From the NCBI GenBank assembly GCA_964057225.1, contig OZ059900.1, positions 5,890,001-5,954,000 of the forward strand: a stretch of DNA of 64,000 nt, read 5' to 3'. The stretch's first letter is position 1; the number at the start of each line of letters is the position of its first letter. Made by a program: the position numbers and the translations under genes. The notes under the pieces were generated by a model. That model was not told the origin of the DNA and searched no databases. It saw nothing but the letters and a program-made list of their open reading frames with translations. This document shows, piece after piece, positions 12,463-25,500 of the stretch. This DNA is from Auanema rhodensis. Its lineage: Eukaryota; Animalia; Nematoda.

Positions 12463-15400
12463 GACCATCTTCTTGTAGGAAATCTCAGTTGAATAGTGGT
12501 ATCATTAAAGAAACAGTATAGAGTTATCATAAGATTTGTAGCGATAAATCATAAAAATATCGTAATATTCTTAATACTATATATGAAATCATACTTTATT
12601 AGCTGACACTACATTTGGAAATTATAGTGCAGTTGTCTTTCGACTGGTTGGATCGTAAATCAAGCGCAAATTCAAAACTCATTTCCGTTTTTGAACACAT
12701 GTATGGTGAAATATTTTCATTCACATTATATTACAAAAAAGTAGTTGAAAACAGGAATAGAGAGCTATATGAGCTTTTTGGTATGCTCATGGAACACGAA
12801 TGTTAAAATTATAGCTGCTAAAGCAGTGCTTGGTAGGGGGAGATATACACCAAATATATACCAAACGGTTTCGGGCCAAGTTCATCATCGTGGCTGACCA
12901 TGTATAACACATATAAAGAATACTGGTCAATTACGAAGTATTCAAAACAGTTATTGAATCATCTATAACCTCCAAAGGACATATCTAATGCATCATTTTA
13001 TTTTCTTCAAAACTGACCCTCTTTTTATACGAAACTTTAATATTTTATGTATGTTTGCGAAAAAAATGTTTTCTTCCTTTTTAAGTGGAAGAAGTTTTAA
13101 TTATTCACAGAAATTAGTAAGAAATTGTAAATTAACAGATAAAACGATACAGCACAAAGGGCTTGCAACATAAAGATGCCGCATGTCAAGCACTGTCCTC
13201 ATGTCAGCATTCAAGAAATCATTAAGGCCCCCTAATGAGATTAATAAGCGTCATATCCAACTTCTCAATTTGTTCATCAAAAATCAATTTAATGTATAAG
13301 TAAGAATAATAAAAGGGGAGTATGCTAGATAAGATTTACTTCTAACATATATTCGTCACTAGCGAAAAAAGAATTAAGAGCAACACAAGAATATTCAGGA
13401 TGTAAAAATAACTTTTCAACTATCTAGGCTCTTCATTATTCAACAAAACGCTTCGAAAATTTTTATATTGAATGAAAAATTTTAACTTATGCTATACAGC
13501 TATAGCACAGAATCGAACTAAACTAGTGAGATATGAAAAACTTATTAAAAGTCAGCGTGAGTCGACTTAATTGTGTGAAGCTGCTTTTAGGGAAAATACA
13601 GATTAACAAAATATGAGAAAGCCTCTTAATCATAGGCTTCACGATAAAAGTATATTCATAAATAGAACAATTTATAGTTTTACTTATAATTGGTCAATTA
13701 GGTTGAAATTAAGAAGAATTTATTAATTATATCAAAATTATGTGTAAAAATGTGAATTTTTATGATCAAAACGTATTTGTTTTTGTACTTTTTCTTATAT
13801 TAGCCAATTTAGACAAAAAATATAAGAATAGACATACTTTTGTAGTTGATTTAATTAAGTTTAGTTCATTGATCTTAATAAAACCAGCTTACGTTTTCTA
13901 TGCAATAGAAAAATGATTTTGAAACGGAACACAATTTGAAGGCCAAAGATAGATATTGTTGTTGGCATGGTTGTACTTCAATTAGACATATGCTTTTTGA
14001 ACCTTTCCTATATTAGTGTGCTTTGATGCTTTTGTTAATTATAAATCACCTTATATTTAACAAAAATTATGCCCTTAACGAGCAAGATTTCATAATTTTA
14101 TTCAGTAATAATTAGTTTTACTAATTTTTTCTCAATTATATGTATTCCCATGAGTACTGATAATTAGTACTGACGGCATCTTAAGTTGTTACGTTCATCC
14201 TATTACGATGATTAAAAAATAGAACATTTTCAAAATTTCTTTGCTTTAAAGTTAAATCTGGGGAGGTATTACACCTTGAAAATTACAAACAGTGTGAATT
14301 AAACCTAGAAAAAGAACAAAAACTAGAATATATGTATTTATAGTATTGATTTACTAAAGTTTATACTACATATAGTCAAAATAAATAAATTTTATTTTAA
14401 TTGACAATATTTTTTTAGTTTAATACCATACGGTTCAATAAAATTAGAACTGTTAATATAATGCTTAGTGTAATGTTGTCTGAAGTTTATTCAAGGTATA
14501 ATCTCATATAATTCCTACTAATACTTGATTATATCATAGTATAAAGGGAGGATATATAAAAACATTTCTATCGTGTTTTATGAAGTTCTGAGATAATTAG
14601 TATGATAATTCCGAAAGAATCCTCATGAATATAACAGGCAAAGATAATCCGCCTAATGAAAAATTAGAAAAAAGCATAGCAGCAAGTTGGACTATCTCAT
14701 TCCATTCTGGAGCAATATAAGTCTTAACGCTATATTGTTTCAGAGTGAAATGAGCTAAACCATATGCTTGTGTTGAAACTATTGAGATATTATAGATATC
14801 TTTGCTAACATATATGATAAGAGAAGTTTTATTCCAAATATTGGAAAACCGAAAGTACTTTACTCTTTACTGCATTCGGAAAAAAATGCGAGTGTCTTAT
14901 ACTAACAAATAATTGTGGGCAGCATGTTGCGAATGCAGTGCTAGTTGTATATATTGCACAAATCAGCCTGTGCAACTGAAGCAGTAGGCTAGAGAGAATT
15001 GGCTCAAGCCCTACTATTATGAGCATCAATTCATGGAATAGTGATAGGAAACGGCGGGTGCAACTATACGCATTGATGTCTGGTTTAACAATTATTGGAA
15101 TTAGCACTAACAATGCCATTTGAAATCTGCATGTCAGTGCATTCAATATGTCTTTCCGGACACAATATAAATGAATGTTTAGAAATAATATTTATTGAAA
15201 TATTTTAACTATATACATATATACATATAGTTTTGTGTATAATAAATGTTCTAAATAGAATGGGATAGTAGGGGATATTCGAGGGTGCTATGAGACGAAT
15301 AAGGCAAAGAAGTAAATCGCTTTTGCTCTTAATTAACGAAAAGGAAGCCATTAAAAGGCATCAAATCTAGCTGTAAAAGGAAGCACGGATTGCATTTTAA

Positions 15401-16250
15401 CGAAATTATATGTGCAGCAACTGCTGGAGAGTAATGAGATTTGAGCTTTAAGAGTATTGGTGAAATTTATTGATATCTATATCTATATCTATATATATAT
15501 ATTATAAAGTTCAATAATCAAATGAAAAATAAAAAGTTCAACTATTTGAGAGAAATATACTAAACGAACAAATGATTCTAAATCCTTCGGTATGATTATA
15601 TGCATCACGGACCGCCTATAGACGAGAAAGTGTTAGATGTGTTCTAAAATGTTTTCAACAGGATGAAAAGAAAAAGCGAAATGATGAATTGATCTTTCTG
15701 CAACTTTTAAAATATTTGTTGACGAACCGTCAGAACTGTGCTAACCTTTAGCAATTTTCTTTTATTCTTTCCGATAAATGTTTTTTCTTCTCTATTTTGA
15801 CATTTATCTAACATTTTGATAATATATGATGATTAATTTTACATCGCGCTGATTGCAGAAAACTGCTAATACGCTGTATTATTTTTTAAGTTTTTGCTAA
15901 TATATAAGATAAGCTATTTATAGCTAATCTCTACTAATGTTTTAAAAAATTAGATGATTAATTTGCATTAAGAAAGTGCTTTAATCCAAAAAATAAGAAT
16001 AAAAATACTTTTTTTTAACTAAATATAATTATTTATTATATTTTATAATATATAAATAATACGACACAAAATAATAATCATAAACAGTCTGTATTTTCAT
16101 CGAAGTTCAAGTAAATATGTTAACAAATTAATGATTGCACACTGTATTTTTGAATTGTTGATAAACGTTCAGAAATGAGATATACAATATGTAGGCAATT
16201 TTGAATATTAATCACTATTGTGATATTTATTTATACGTATATATGTATAT

Positions 16251-17116
16251 CTATAAAATTACATATAAAAATGATGATATTATTAGAATAATGATAAAAT
16301 AATGTTTGATATTAGCTGCATTGCAAAGATTTCCATCGCATATACACACTTCCAAATCACCTGTAAAAAATGTTTTATAATTTACTGTTTTTAATGCTTA
16401 TGATCTACCGTCACTACTGGATATTTTTGTGCAATCAGGGCGAATTTTAATATTAGCATTTGGTATACAGCTACGAAAAACATCTGTGTTTTCTGAAAGA
16501 ATGTCACAATTATTCCATTGTTTATTCATACTTTTTTTATAGTTTTCAAACACGACTACGTGCAAACAAAAGATTAACAGTAACTTTGCGGTCAGCAGAA
16601 GCTGTCCTCTGCTTTGACCGACTAAGCAAACAAAGTTGTTTCTGTCCTACCTCGATTACTCCAAACAATGAGGTTTATAATCCCAGATAACGCTTTTTTC
16701 AACAAAATAATAAGAAACAGAAGCCTACCTTTAGTATCTTTAAATTTTAGCTTCAAGCACACGCCATCTGAGCATTCATCTTTTTCAACTTTATCTCTAA
16801 TTGCTTGATCAACCTGAGAAATTTGTTCAAAATATTGAAGAAAATACAATGTTTATGACATTACCTTAAAATTATCTTGACATGTTGAAGACTTTGGCAC
16901 ATCTCTAATATTACTGAGCCATTGTTGCCATGCAGGATCGGTTATCTGACTTAAAACTTGCTCAGGAATTATTGATGTACACGAGTAGCATCGTATATCA
17001 CGTTGATCTAGAGATTTCAACCAAAACTGTTTTTGACATAACATTGAAAATCACTTACTGGAAGCATGTCCTAACGCTATTAATACAGTTGCTACAAAAG
17101 AATAGCGAATAAACAT
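16251..17116 (-). CDS. Ly-6/uPAR (three-finger, quiver/sleepless- or ODR-2/HOT-like) GPI-anchored protein, 5 exons
   Basis: Spliced product: signal peptide MFIRYSFVATVLIALGHAS, then IRCYSCTS...C...ECSDGVCLK...FRSCIP...C...EVCICDGNLCN, then a hydrophobic tail (HYFIIILIISSFLYVIL*). The CxxC start and CxCxxxxCN end with 10 Cys are LU-domain hallmarks. Confidence 0.85.
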
Positions 17117-18463
17117 AGCTTAAGCTTTAAATAACTTTAGAAAACAAATCAAACTGATTAGAAGGAAATTAAAGATGTGAGAACGTTAAGCTTGGGTCAG
17201 TAATATTGTGATGATGCGGGTTGTTCTCAGAAAAGCGAAGTGAGTGTCGAAATTGGCTTTTATTTACATTCAGAGAGACGTAGCGCGTCAGAACTGACAA
17301 GAGAACTGTAGCTGGGAGAGTATGAGAGAACAACTTCCTCGCTGACCTATGAAATAGGAAAACGGAAGCGAGATAGCTACTGTTGATCGCATCACTGCTA
17401 TGATATTTGCTAGCTAGAAAACGTAAAGAAATAGAAGTAAAAACATGAGAGTAGCTAGTGAAGAGATACAATACCGAAAAGAGAGCGAAACACTAGAAAA
17501 AAGACAACTGTGAAAGAGAAACCATTCAATGAAAGATATCAAAGCATAGAGTAATTCAGACGACTGAGTAGACCCCACGAATGAACAGTACTTCTCAAGT
17601 TTAATTCTATATATTTATACACTGTATGTTTGCTCTGAAAAACTGCGATCATTTCATGACATAGAAAGTTTGAAATTTAAAAATATCATTTTTTCAGCAT
17701 AAAGTCTTGATAACTGTTAAGTCTTTTGCAATTTCTTATCTATGAATATGCTCTTAAAATTATTTTAAACTTTTCTCAATCGCCTCCATGAGCGTGTCTT
17801 CTCAACTATCTCAGAGGGGTTTATTCAGGACACTCATTTAGTTTTTCAAATATGATGACGCTTCACATAAACCTTACTAAATATGACAAAATTTGTTTGC
17901 ATGATTCAAGAAAATATAGAACAAGGAATATTATAACAAAATGTTTATTATTATTTCTTCTTATCACCAAATAAGTTGCAGTCGATTAATAATTTCTTGT
18001 TTTTTGTAAGCAGAACTAACAGTCTTCATCTCAGAAACTGAATAATTAGTCAAATCTGGAAAATAAATTATTCTGTTTCTTGTATATACTATGAGAATGA
18101 AGTGAAGAGCGCAATTTGAGCGCCAAAATGAACAAAAAAACCTGCTCCGTTGAGAAGTATGCGCCCTATGGCAAATGTATGACTTGAATCGTAACGATTG
18201 CCTGCAATTTGTTACTACTTTGATATCTCTTTTAATTAATTCTAATTGGATTGAGCTTTATATTATTATATAGTTATTAATTAATTATATAAATATATCT
18301 ACAATATTAAAATTAAATTATATGACGAATAAGAGATATTAAATAAGTATTCTAACATCAAAAGTAGTTTTTAAATATTTTATTATTGTAATTATCATTT
18401 TATTAGATCTTTCATCGTGTATCACATATCAACATATACTTCTTGCATGGTTGGTAAAATATA

Positions 18464-21083
18464 ATGCTTGATAGTAATTGGGTGAGTAATATTTAATATT
18501 TTAAATTTATTCTCATATTTAAAGGAAAGCGATCCTAACTGGAGAAGAAAATGTGATACATTAACTGATTGGATTTCTAGTTCTAAAACTATTATTCTCT
18601 ATGTAGGCGCTGGAGTCAGTACTGTATGACTATTAAATGGGAGAGCTTGGTTTGATTTTGTCAATTTTACAGAATGCCAACATACCTGATTATCGTGGTC
18701 CCGAAGGTATTTACACTCTTGCCAAGCAGGGTATTCATCCCAAAAAGTATTTTACATTATGACTTTGAATTATTTAAATTATTAATTTCATATATAGTAT
18801 TGAGATGAATTCAGTCATTCCAACTAAGTGTCATTATATTATCAAGGAGTTACTTCGTAAAGGAACTTTCAGTCATGTGCTGTCTCAAGTAAGTGGAACA
18901 ATATGAAAATTCATACCATTGGTCAATTTAGAATTGTGATGGGTTATTCTTACGTTCGGGTATTCCACAAAGAGTACTCTCTGAAATTCACGGGAATATG
19001 TATATAGAAGTTTGTCGCAAATGTACAAAGCAATACGTGCGTAATTATGATACAACTAGTCGAAGTGCTGTCAAGTAAGTTTTTTTGAATGTCTATTGAT
19101 AGTAGAAGATGTGTATATTCTGCAGTGAGCATGTCACTGACCGTAAGTGCACTGTATGTAATGAAGACTTGGTTGACAGCATTGTTCATCAAGGAGAACA
19201 GGGTGATCTTGTTTGGCCGCATAATTGGAAGGGTATTTCATGACATTTATGATAAATAGCTTAATTTTTATTTGTTCAGGTGCTCATCGTGTGTTAGATA
19301 AAGCAGATTTGATTATAGTTCTTGGTACTTCGTGCAATGTTTTACAAGGGTATAAGCACTTGTGGCCTAGATCAGATGAGCTTGAAGATACTAAAGTATA
19401 TTGTTATAAGAGTTGTAATCTCATTGTTTTGTTTATATTTTAGGTTGTTTTGGTTAACAAGACAATAACAGTAAAAGATCGATTTGTGAGTTTGAAGATT
19501 TCGGCAGATTGCGACGATGTGATGTCTCGCGTTGCGCGAAAATTACAAGTTGATTTCTCAAAATACTGCAGGTAATCTTAAGTTTTGTTAATAACGAATA
19601 CTCTTTATTTAGTACTTGTGATCCGATTTTCGGAAAATACCCAGCTACGGAGCGTGATTTTATGATGAACTTTAGAATTTGCAAATGCGAAACGCCCACT
19701 TCCCTAACTGCTGAAGTAAGCTAATAATAAACAAACTGAAATTGTGAATTGTTTTCTAGGATATGAAATCTGAACAGCCTGGATGGTGGACATTTGCTTT
19801 AAAAAATATCAAAGTGCAAGCAAGACCTGCATCACTGAATACAAGTAATATCTCTATCCTTACGGATAAATTAATTTTGCGTTTCCTCAGGAAGAAAAAG
19901 TGCTCGTGCTGCCATAAGTGCTATTAAAAAAAACGTGGATTCCATGAAGCGTAAACCTCCTAAACGAAAAGCTCCTCCCAAAGAAAAGGTCAATCTCTCG
20001 CTCTCTCATTCGAACTTTTTTTTCATTTTAGGCTAAACCAGTCAGCAATAGGCAGGCAAAAAAACTTATTAAAAACGAGGAAGAAAGCTCCGAAGATGAT
20101 GACGAAGAGCTGGAAGAAAATCCCGAGGATGTGGAATCACTGTCAAGTGATAGCCCTGTTATTTCTGGAGCTATCAAAGAAAAGTCTAGTGTCGATACGA
20201 AGCAAGAAACGGATATCAGCATAAAGTTGGAGAATCTGGAAGAAAAAGTATTGAAGAAAGAAGATAGTAGTCATGTTACAATCGTATCGGACACGTTCGT
20301 AAAAGAAGAAGAAAAGACAGTTCAAATCAAAGATGAAGTATTGAGTGACTCTCCAGTCCACATCAAACAAGAAGATGTGGAATCACCTTCAGAGCTGATG
20401 GACACTAGTAGATCTCCTCTGAGTAGTTTTGAAGATACTGTCGGCTCTACTTGTCGAAAAAGAAATAGAAAGGGGGTGCCACATAAAATGCACGTTGATG
20501 AGGTAAAAATAAGTTTTAATCAATATATTAGAGCTTTTTTTCAGCAATGCAAAAGGTCAGTGATCGAAAAACAGACTTCTGTTTCTATTATAAAAAGTTA
20601 TTCTGGTGAAGAAAAGAATGTTAACAGTTCCGCATCCGTTTCTATATCCAAACCAAGTATTCCGCAAGACAGTTTTAAAGAAGAAAATATATTAGTTAGT
20701 ATTTCCATATATTGATTGTTGAGCAATTAGTTTGCCGCTTTTTTCTGTTTGATTAATTGTATCAATTTTAGAATTTGCATAATGATATTAACGAAGATAC
20801 TAGTGATCATAATACTGAGCCTAATTTGAATTGTGAGGAAGAAGTGGCAATGTCCGTTGGTATGGCTAGATTTCAATTTCAATTTTATGCCGAATCAATT
20901 TTAGAACTAGCTAATCCTTTAATGTGCGTTGGTGATATTCCAAAAATTATTCTATCCGAAGTTGATAAAGAAGAAGAAAATATTGAAAAAATTGGTGACA
21001 CCTTTTCCACTGAAGAAAATAAAATTACTGTTGCTGAAAGTGGAGAAATAGCCATTCCCAATGAGAAGATTACATTGTTGTAG
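18464..21083 (+). CDS. SIRT7: NAD+-dependent deacylase, sirtuin class IVb (SIRT7-like), multi-exon, with a long basic then acidic C-terminal extension
   Basis: Spliced translation contains [65 protein letters not shown]...[46 protein letters not shown] and [19 protein letters not shown], PxNW, YxxLW and DPIF match SIRT7 as recalled, rather than SIRT6. An in-frame stop upstream of ATG 18464 fixes the start. Confidence 0.88.
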
Positions 21084-22532
21084 CTATAAATCAAATGCTG
21101 ACCTTCCTGTGGTAATACATTCCAATGATTTTTGCTCATTTTCATTATTTCTGGTAAATTGAATGTTCTAGAGCTTTATACTTACTTCATATTATATTAA
21201 CGTAAAAATCTATAATCTCATATCCCACACATGAACTTGCCTATGTAGCAAATACTATTGTAATTCTTACATATTGAATTTTTTCCAATTTTTTCAATCC
21301 TCGTGTGCGGTGTTTTGTTTACGTGTATATTTATATGTACAGTTTGCTTATGGTAGGAATTTGCTTTTTGTACATTCTGGATGCTCAATTTCGACTCTTT
21401 CCTGATTCTTCTAAGTTCAAGATTTGGTGCTTTGTCGCCTTATATATTAATGTTCTCATGTTATATATTGCTTTATTCAATGCAATTATGATAATATCTC
21501 ATATTGCTACAGTCTCTCGCGAGATTTATGCTTTGAAATGACATAATCATATTTTTTCTGGTGCATTCCATCCGATGAAAAATTGAATAAATTAATTTGA
21601 CTTGAATTATTTAGCAAAAAAAAAGAATTTATTTTGCTCCCATTTAATATAAACATTTTTTTGTCAGCCATTTATGCTATAAATTTTCTGCGTACAAATA
21701 ATAATCTTTATAAGAGTTTCATTTCATATAACCCAGACTACCAAAGTTTATTGGTGTCTAAATGACAATGAGTATTAAAACAAAACCTTTTTTGAATGAA
21801 AAAGTTAATTCAGTTGTTTGGAATACGGACAAAGTTATTAATTACAATTTTCAAAAATTAGATTGACAACGAGAAAACTTATAAAAAAATAAAAGATATA
21901 CGATGAGATAGCTTAGAAATATTTAAAGAAAAAATGAATATCAGTTCCAATCAATGAGACATGATGCTAAAACACATAGGATCTTCGAACGTAAAATATT
22001 TCCGTATAATTACTAGGGCAGGGAAAAAAAAACAAACAATCGACAGGGTATTCAACTGGGTTGATTGGAATGACTATATTATATCCTTTTTAGAGAACTG
22101 GCAAGGGCAAATAGCCGTTTTAGATAGATGGGACAGTTGAAAAATGTATTTCTGCATAAATTAGCATCTTCGAACATAATTATCAAAAGTTATTGTATGA
22201 TGATGAAAACAAGTGGATCAATAAAGTTAACAGGTACATACAACATTTCCGGAATATTCGCATACTAAATACAACATATAATTTCATTATGTATAAAGTT
22301 AATCGTAATTTTGAGTTGCCGAATGTTCAAGTAAAACGGCACAAATAGTAATAATAATAATTATTATCAATATGAAGTCTTATTAGGGAACAAAAAATAG
22401 TTAAAGACTGACTGAATGATTCAGTTCATGCAATACATGCTAGCTTTTATTATTAACATGCGTTATCAATAAGTTATATTAGTATATGTATATAAACATA
22501 TAATATAATTAAATCTAGCTTAAGTATTTCCG

Positions 22533-25500
22533 CTAATGATGTGGGGCTATCATTGGTAGATTATATATTACTGGAGCACCATAGTAAGGAAGAGCAGCAG
22601 CAGTTGCCATGTCAAGTGGAGCTGAATTAACATGACCTTGTGTTAAGTATGGAATAATATCTGGAACAAGTGTGGTGGTTCCCTGAAAAATTTCTATTAT
22701 TCTTAATACAAACAATTTTTTCTGTATTTCAATAAAACTGTTGTTGTCTCATCGCATTTCATTAATATTGATTTTTTTGGAATATTTAACAAGCGGAGTG
22801 TGTGAAAGCATCATTTAGAGGGCAAAAAAGCAAATAGTACCAATATTGTTGTTAGTTGTCACAAGTGCATCAACTGGAAAATGTGCATAACTGACAAATG
22901 TACAAAATAACGTTTCGTTATTTTGACAGAAACATTTGCCTGACAACCTTGCTTTGTTATTTTTTCATACCAGACGATAACAGCATACATTTGATTGGTT
23001 ACGTCCCCAACTACAGCGAATTTGCCGTCCAGAGAAGTCTTTGTTATTCATCTCCATTATGGCATTAGTAGCACATTCCTTTTTCTCAAAGCGTATGAAT
23101 CCGTAACAGTGCTGACGGAACATTCGAACTTCGAGAATTTCTCCAAACTTGATGAATGCAGCTCGAAAATCTTCTTCTAGAAAAAGGTGAACAATGCATA
23201 CAGATTATTTGTTTCTTCGATCACATACCAGTAGCAGTAGGGCTGATGTTGCCAATATAGACAGATGTATTATCTTTTTTAGTTGAATGATAAACCTATA
23301 AATGGGACATTTAAACCATATAAATATAGTTTAGATTTTTATAACGGACTTGTTCAAATGTAAGTTTATCTCGTAATTCATCATTGCGCCTATTTGCCCA
23401 ATTGGTCCGAATAATCCGACGTCCTATCTGAGCACCATTCATTTCCGTGATTGCCTTTTCCGCATTCTAATATTACTACTTAGAACTTACAATTCTACAT
23501 AATAAGATAATACCTCTTTGTCCGGAAAAGAAACAAATCCATAACCTTTTGTTTTTCTTGTAATTGGATCTCGAATCACTTTCGCTTCACTTAAAAGAAA
23601 ATATTTTATTGAGAAATATCATCAAAAAGAATATATATGATATCACACTTACCTAACTTCACCATGCGCTTCAAACGCTTCTTTTAATATTTGATTATCA
23701 ACCTCGCTGCTTAAATCACCAACAAAAATATGAAAATGTTCTAAAAATTCATCAGAACTTTTTCTTCTATAATTGGTAATAACATACTGCTTGTATCAAT
23801 TTTTGTTCCATCTTCAGATTGTGTAGTGTTTGATAGTTCCTATAATGTTATTTCTATTTCAACATCTAAGTTGCGAACAAACACACCACTGCCCGTTTCA
23901 AGCTGGCAAACGGAAGAGTATTCATTCCAAAACCTGTATTGGGAACTGCGAAAATTGGAATCCCTTCATAGGTGTTGGGAATTTGATTAATTGCCATCGG
24001 TAATTGCATCTGAAATAATGTAAGCCATGTGTCTCTTTTCATGTAATAATATCGCTATTGATATCTAGTATATTCGACGTGCGAAATGAACTATATCATG
24101 CATAGCAACTATGTGAGACTAGTTCAATTAATACATCTTTACTCTCAGTTGAACTCTTCATCTTTCTATCACATTTTCGGCCTATCAACTGTCTTTCGCG
24201 TCTTTATAATGTACAATATCTTTGATTCATTAATGACAATGTTCAAGGTTGGTTCAGGGTAAGCCTAGAGATTCTTCCTGATCAAAAGACTAGTGTCCTC
24301 CAAAATTTTTGATAAGAAAGTTGTCACAAAAAAATGTCTTTTCAGACAGATATGCATTAAAAATTTAGATTAAGATCAAATGTTTTATAACACTTTCATA
24401 CATTTTGACCACTTTTTATAATTTATTCATTAACAGGAAAACTATTATGCTACTAAAATGCTAAGTACAATCTCATTACATATGTGTACCAAAGTTTATA
24501 AAAACAGCTGTGGTAGCGTTTAATTATTAAAAAATCATTCACATAAAATTTTTCAATAAATTTATAAAAAAATTAAACAAAATTGAATAACAATCCCAAC
24601 TTCTTATCTTTTTAACTAACAATTAACTCTCATTCATCATCTCTTTGAAATTGTCGCTAACCATAAAAGTTCATGTTATAATAATAGTTTTTAAATATAA
24701 TATAATTGAATAATTATAATCTTACTTCTAATGAGCGTGCATGATGGAGGAGCATGATTAGCCAGAAATTATAAGAATAATTTAGACGCTAATATATGAC
24801 TAATGCTGGATGACTAGAATAAAGAAGTTATATAGGAAGTCAGGTTGACGTCTAGCTATAACTAATAAACGTGAAACAGATTAAGATATCTAGGGAAAAA
24901 GAAAGAAACGTTAAAAATGTATAGATGAGAGAAAAGAAGAAGATTAAGTAAGAGTTGAGAAAGAAAGAAAAGACAACAAACGAGAATAAAAACTAGGAGA
25001 GTATTGAGACAGAGAGCTGGAAATAGATAAGAAAAAAAGAAATGTTGAGAGATACGATAAGACAAGGGTAAATGGAGACATTATGCATGATGACTTGTTG
25101 ATCATCACAGCGATAACCCAACTATACAGACAATCGCAACGTAGGTGTCCATTTCAAATTTTTTTTCACGTAAAAACATGAAATCAATTGGAAAAAAGAT
25201 AAGACATATCAATAGGAAATAGAGAGCAGTGAAGATGTGATTGAAAAATGGAAACAGCAAGAAGAAAAGTATTTTTTTTTAGAAATTAAGAGAAAATATT
25301 CCAATTTTAAGAATTAGTTTAGCTCTAGAAGAAACATATTCAGCACAATTCAATTCCAAAAATTAACCACATTATTGGATAAAGAAGCCTAATTTCAACA
25401 TTGAAAGATAACAGTATTCTTGTGGTCAGCATAATTCATTAAATCATTTGTGAAAATGATTAAGGATGAAATTACACAAAATGAAGCTCTAAAGGAAAAA

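Noticed and set aside
14829-15146. 105-aa minus-strand ORF
   Set aside because: No domain motif, no supporting exon structure; likely chance.
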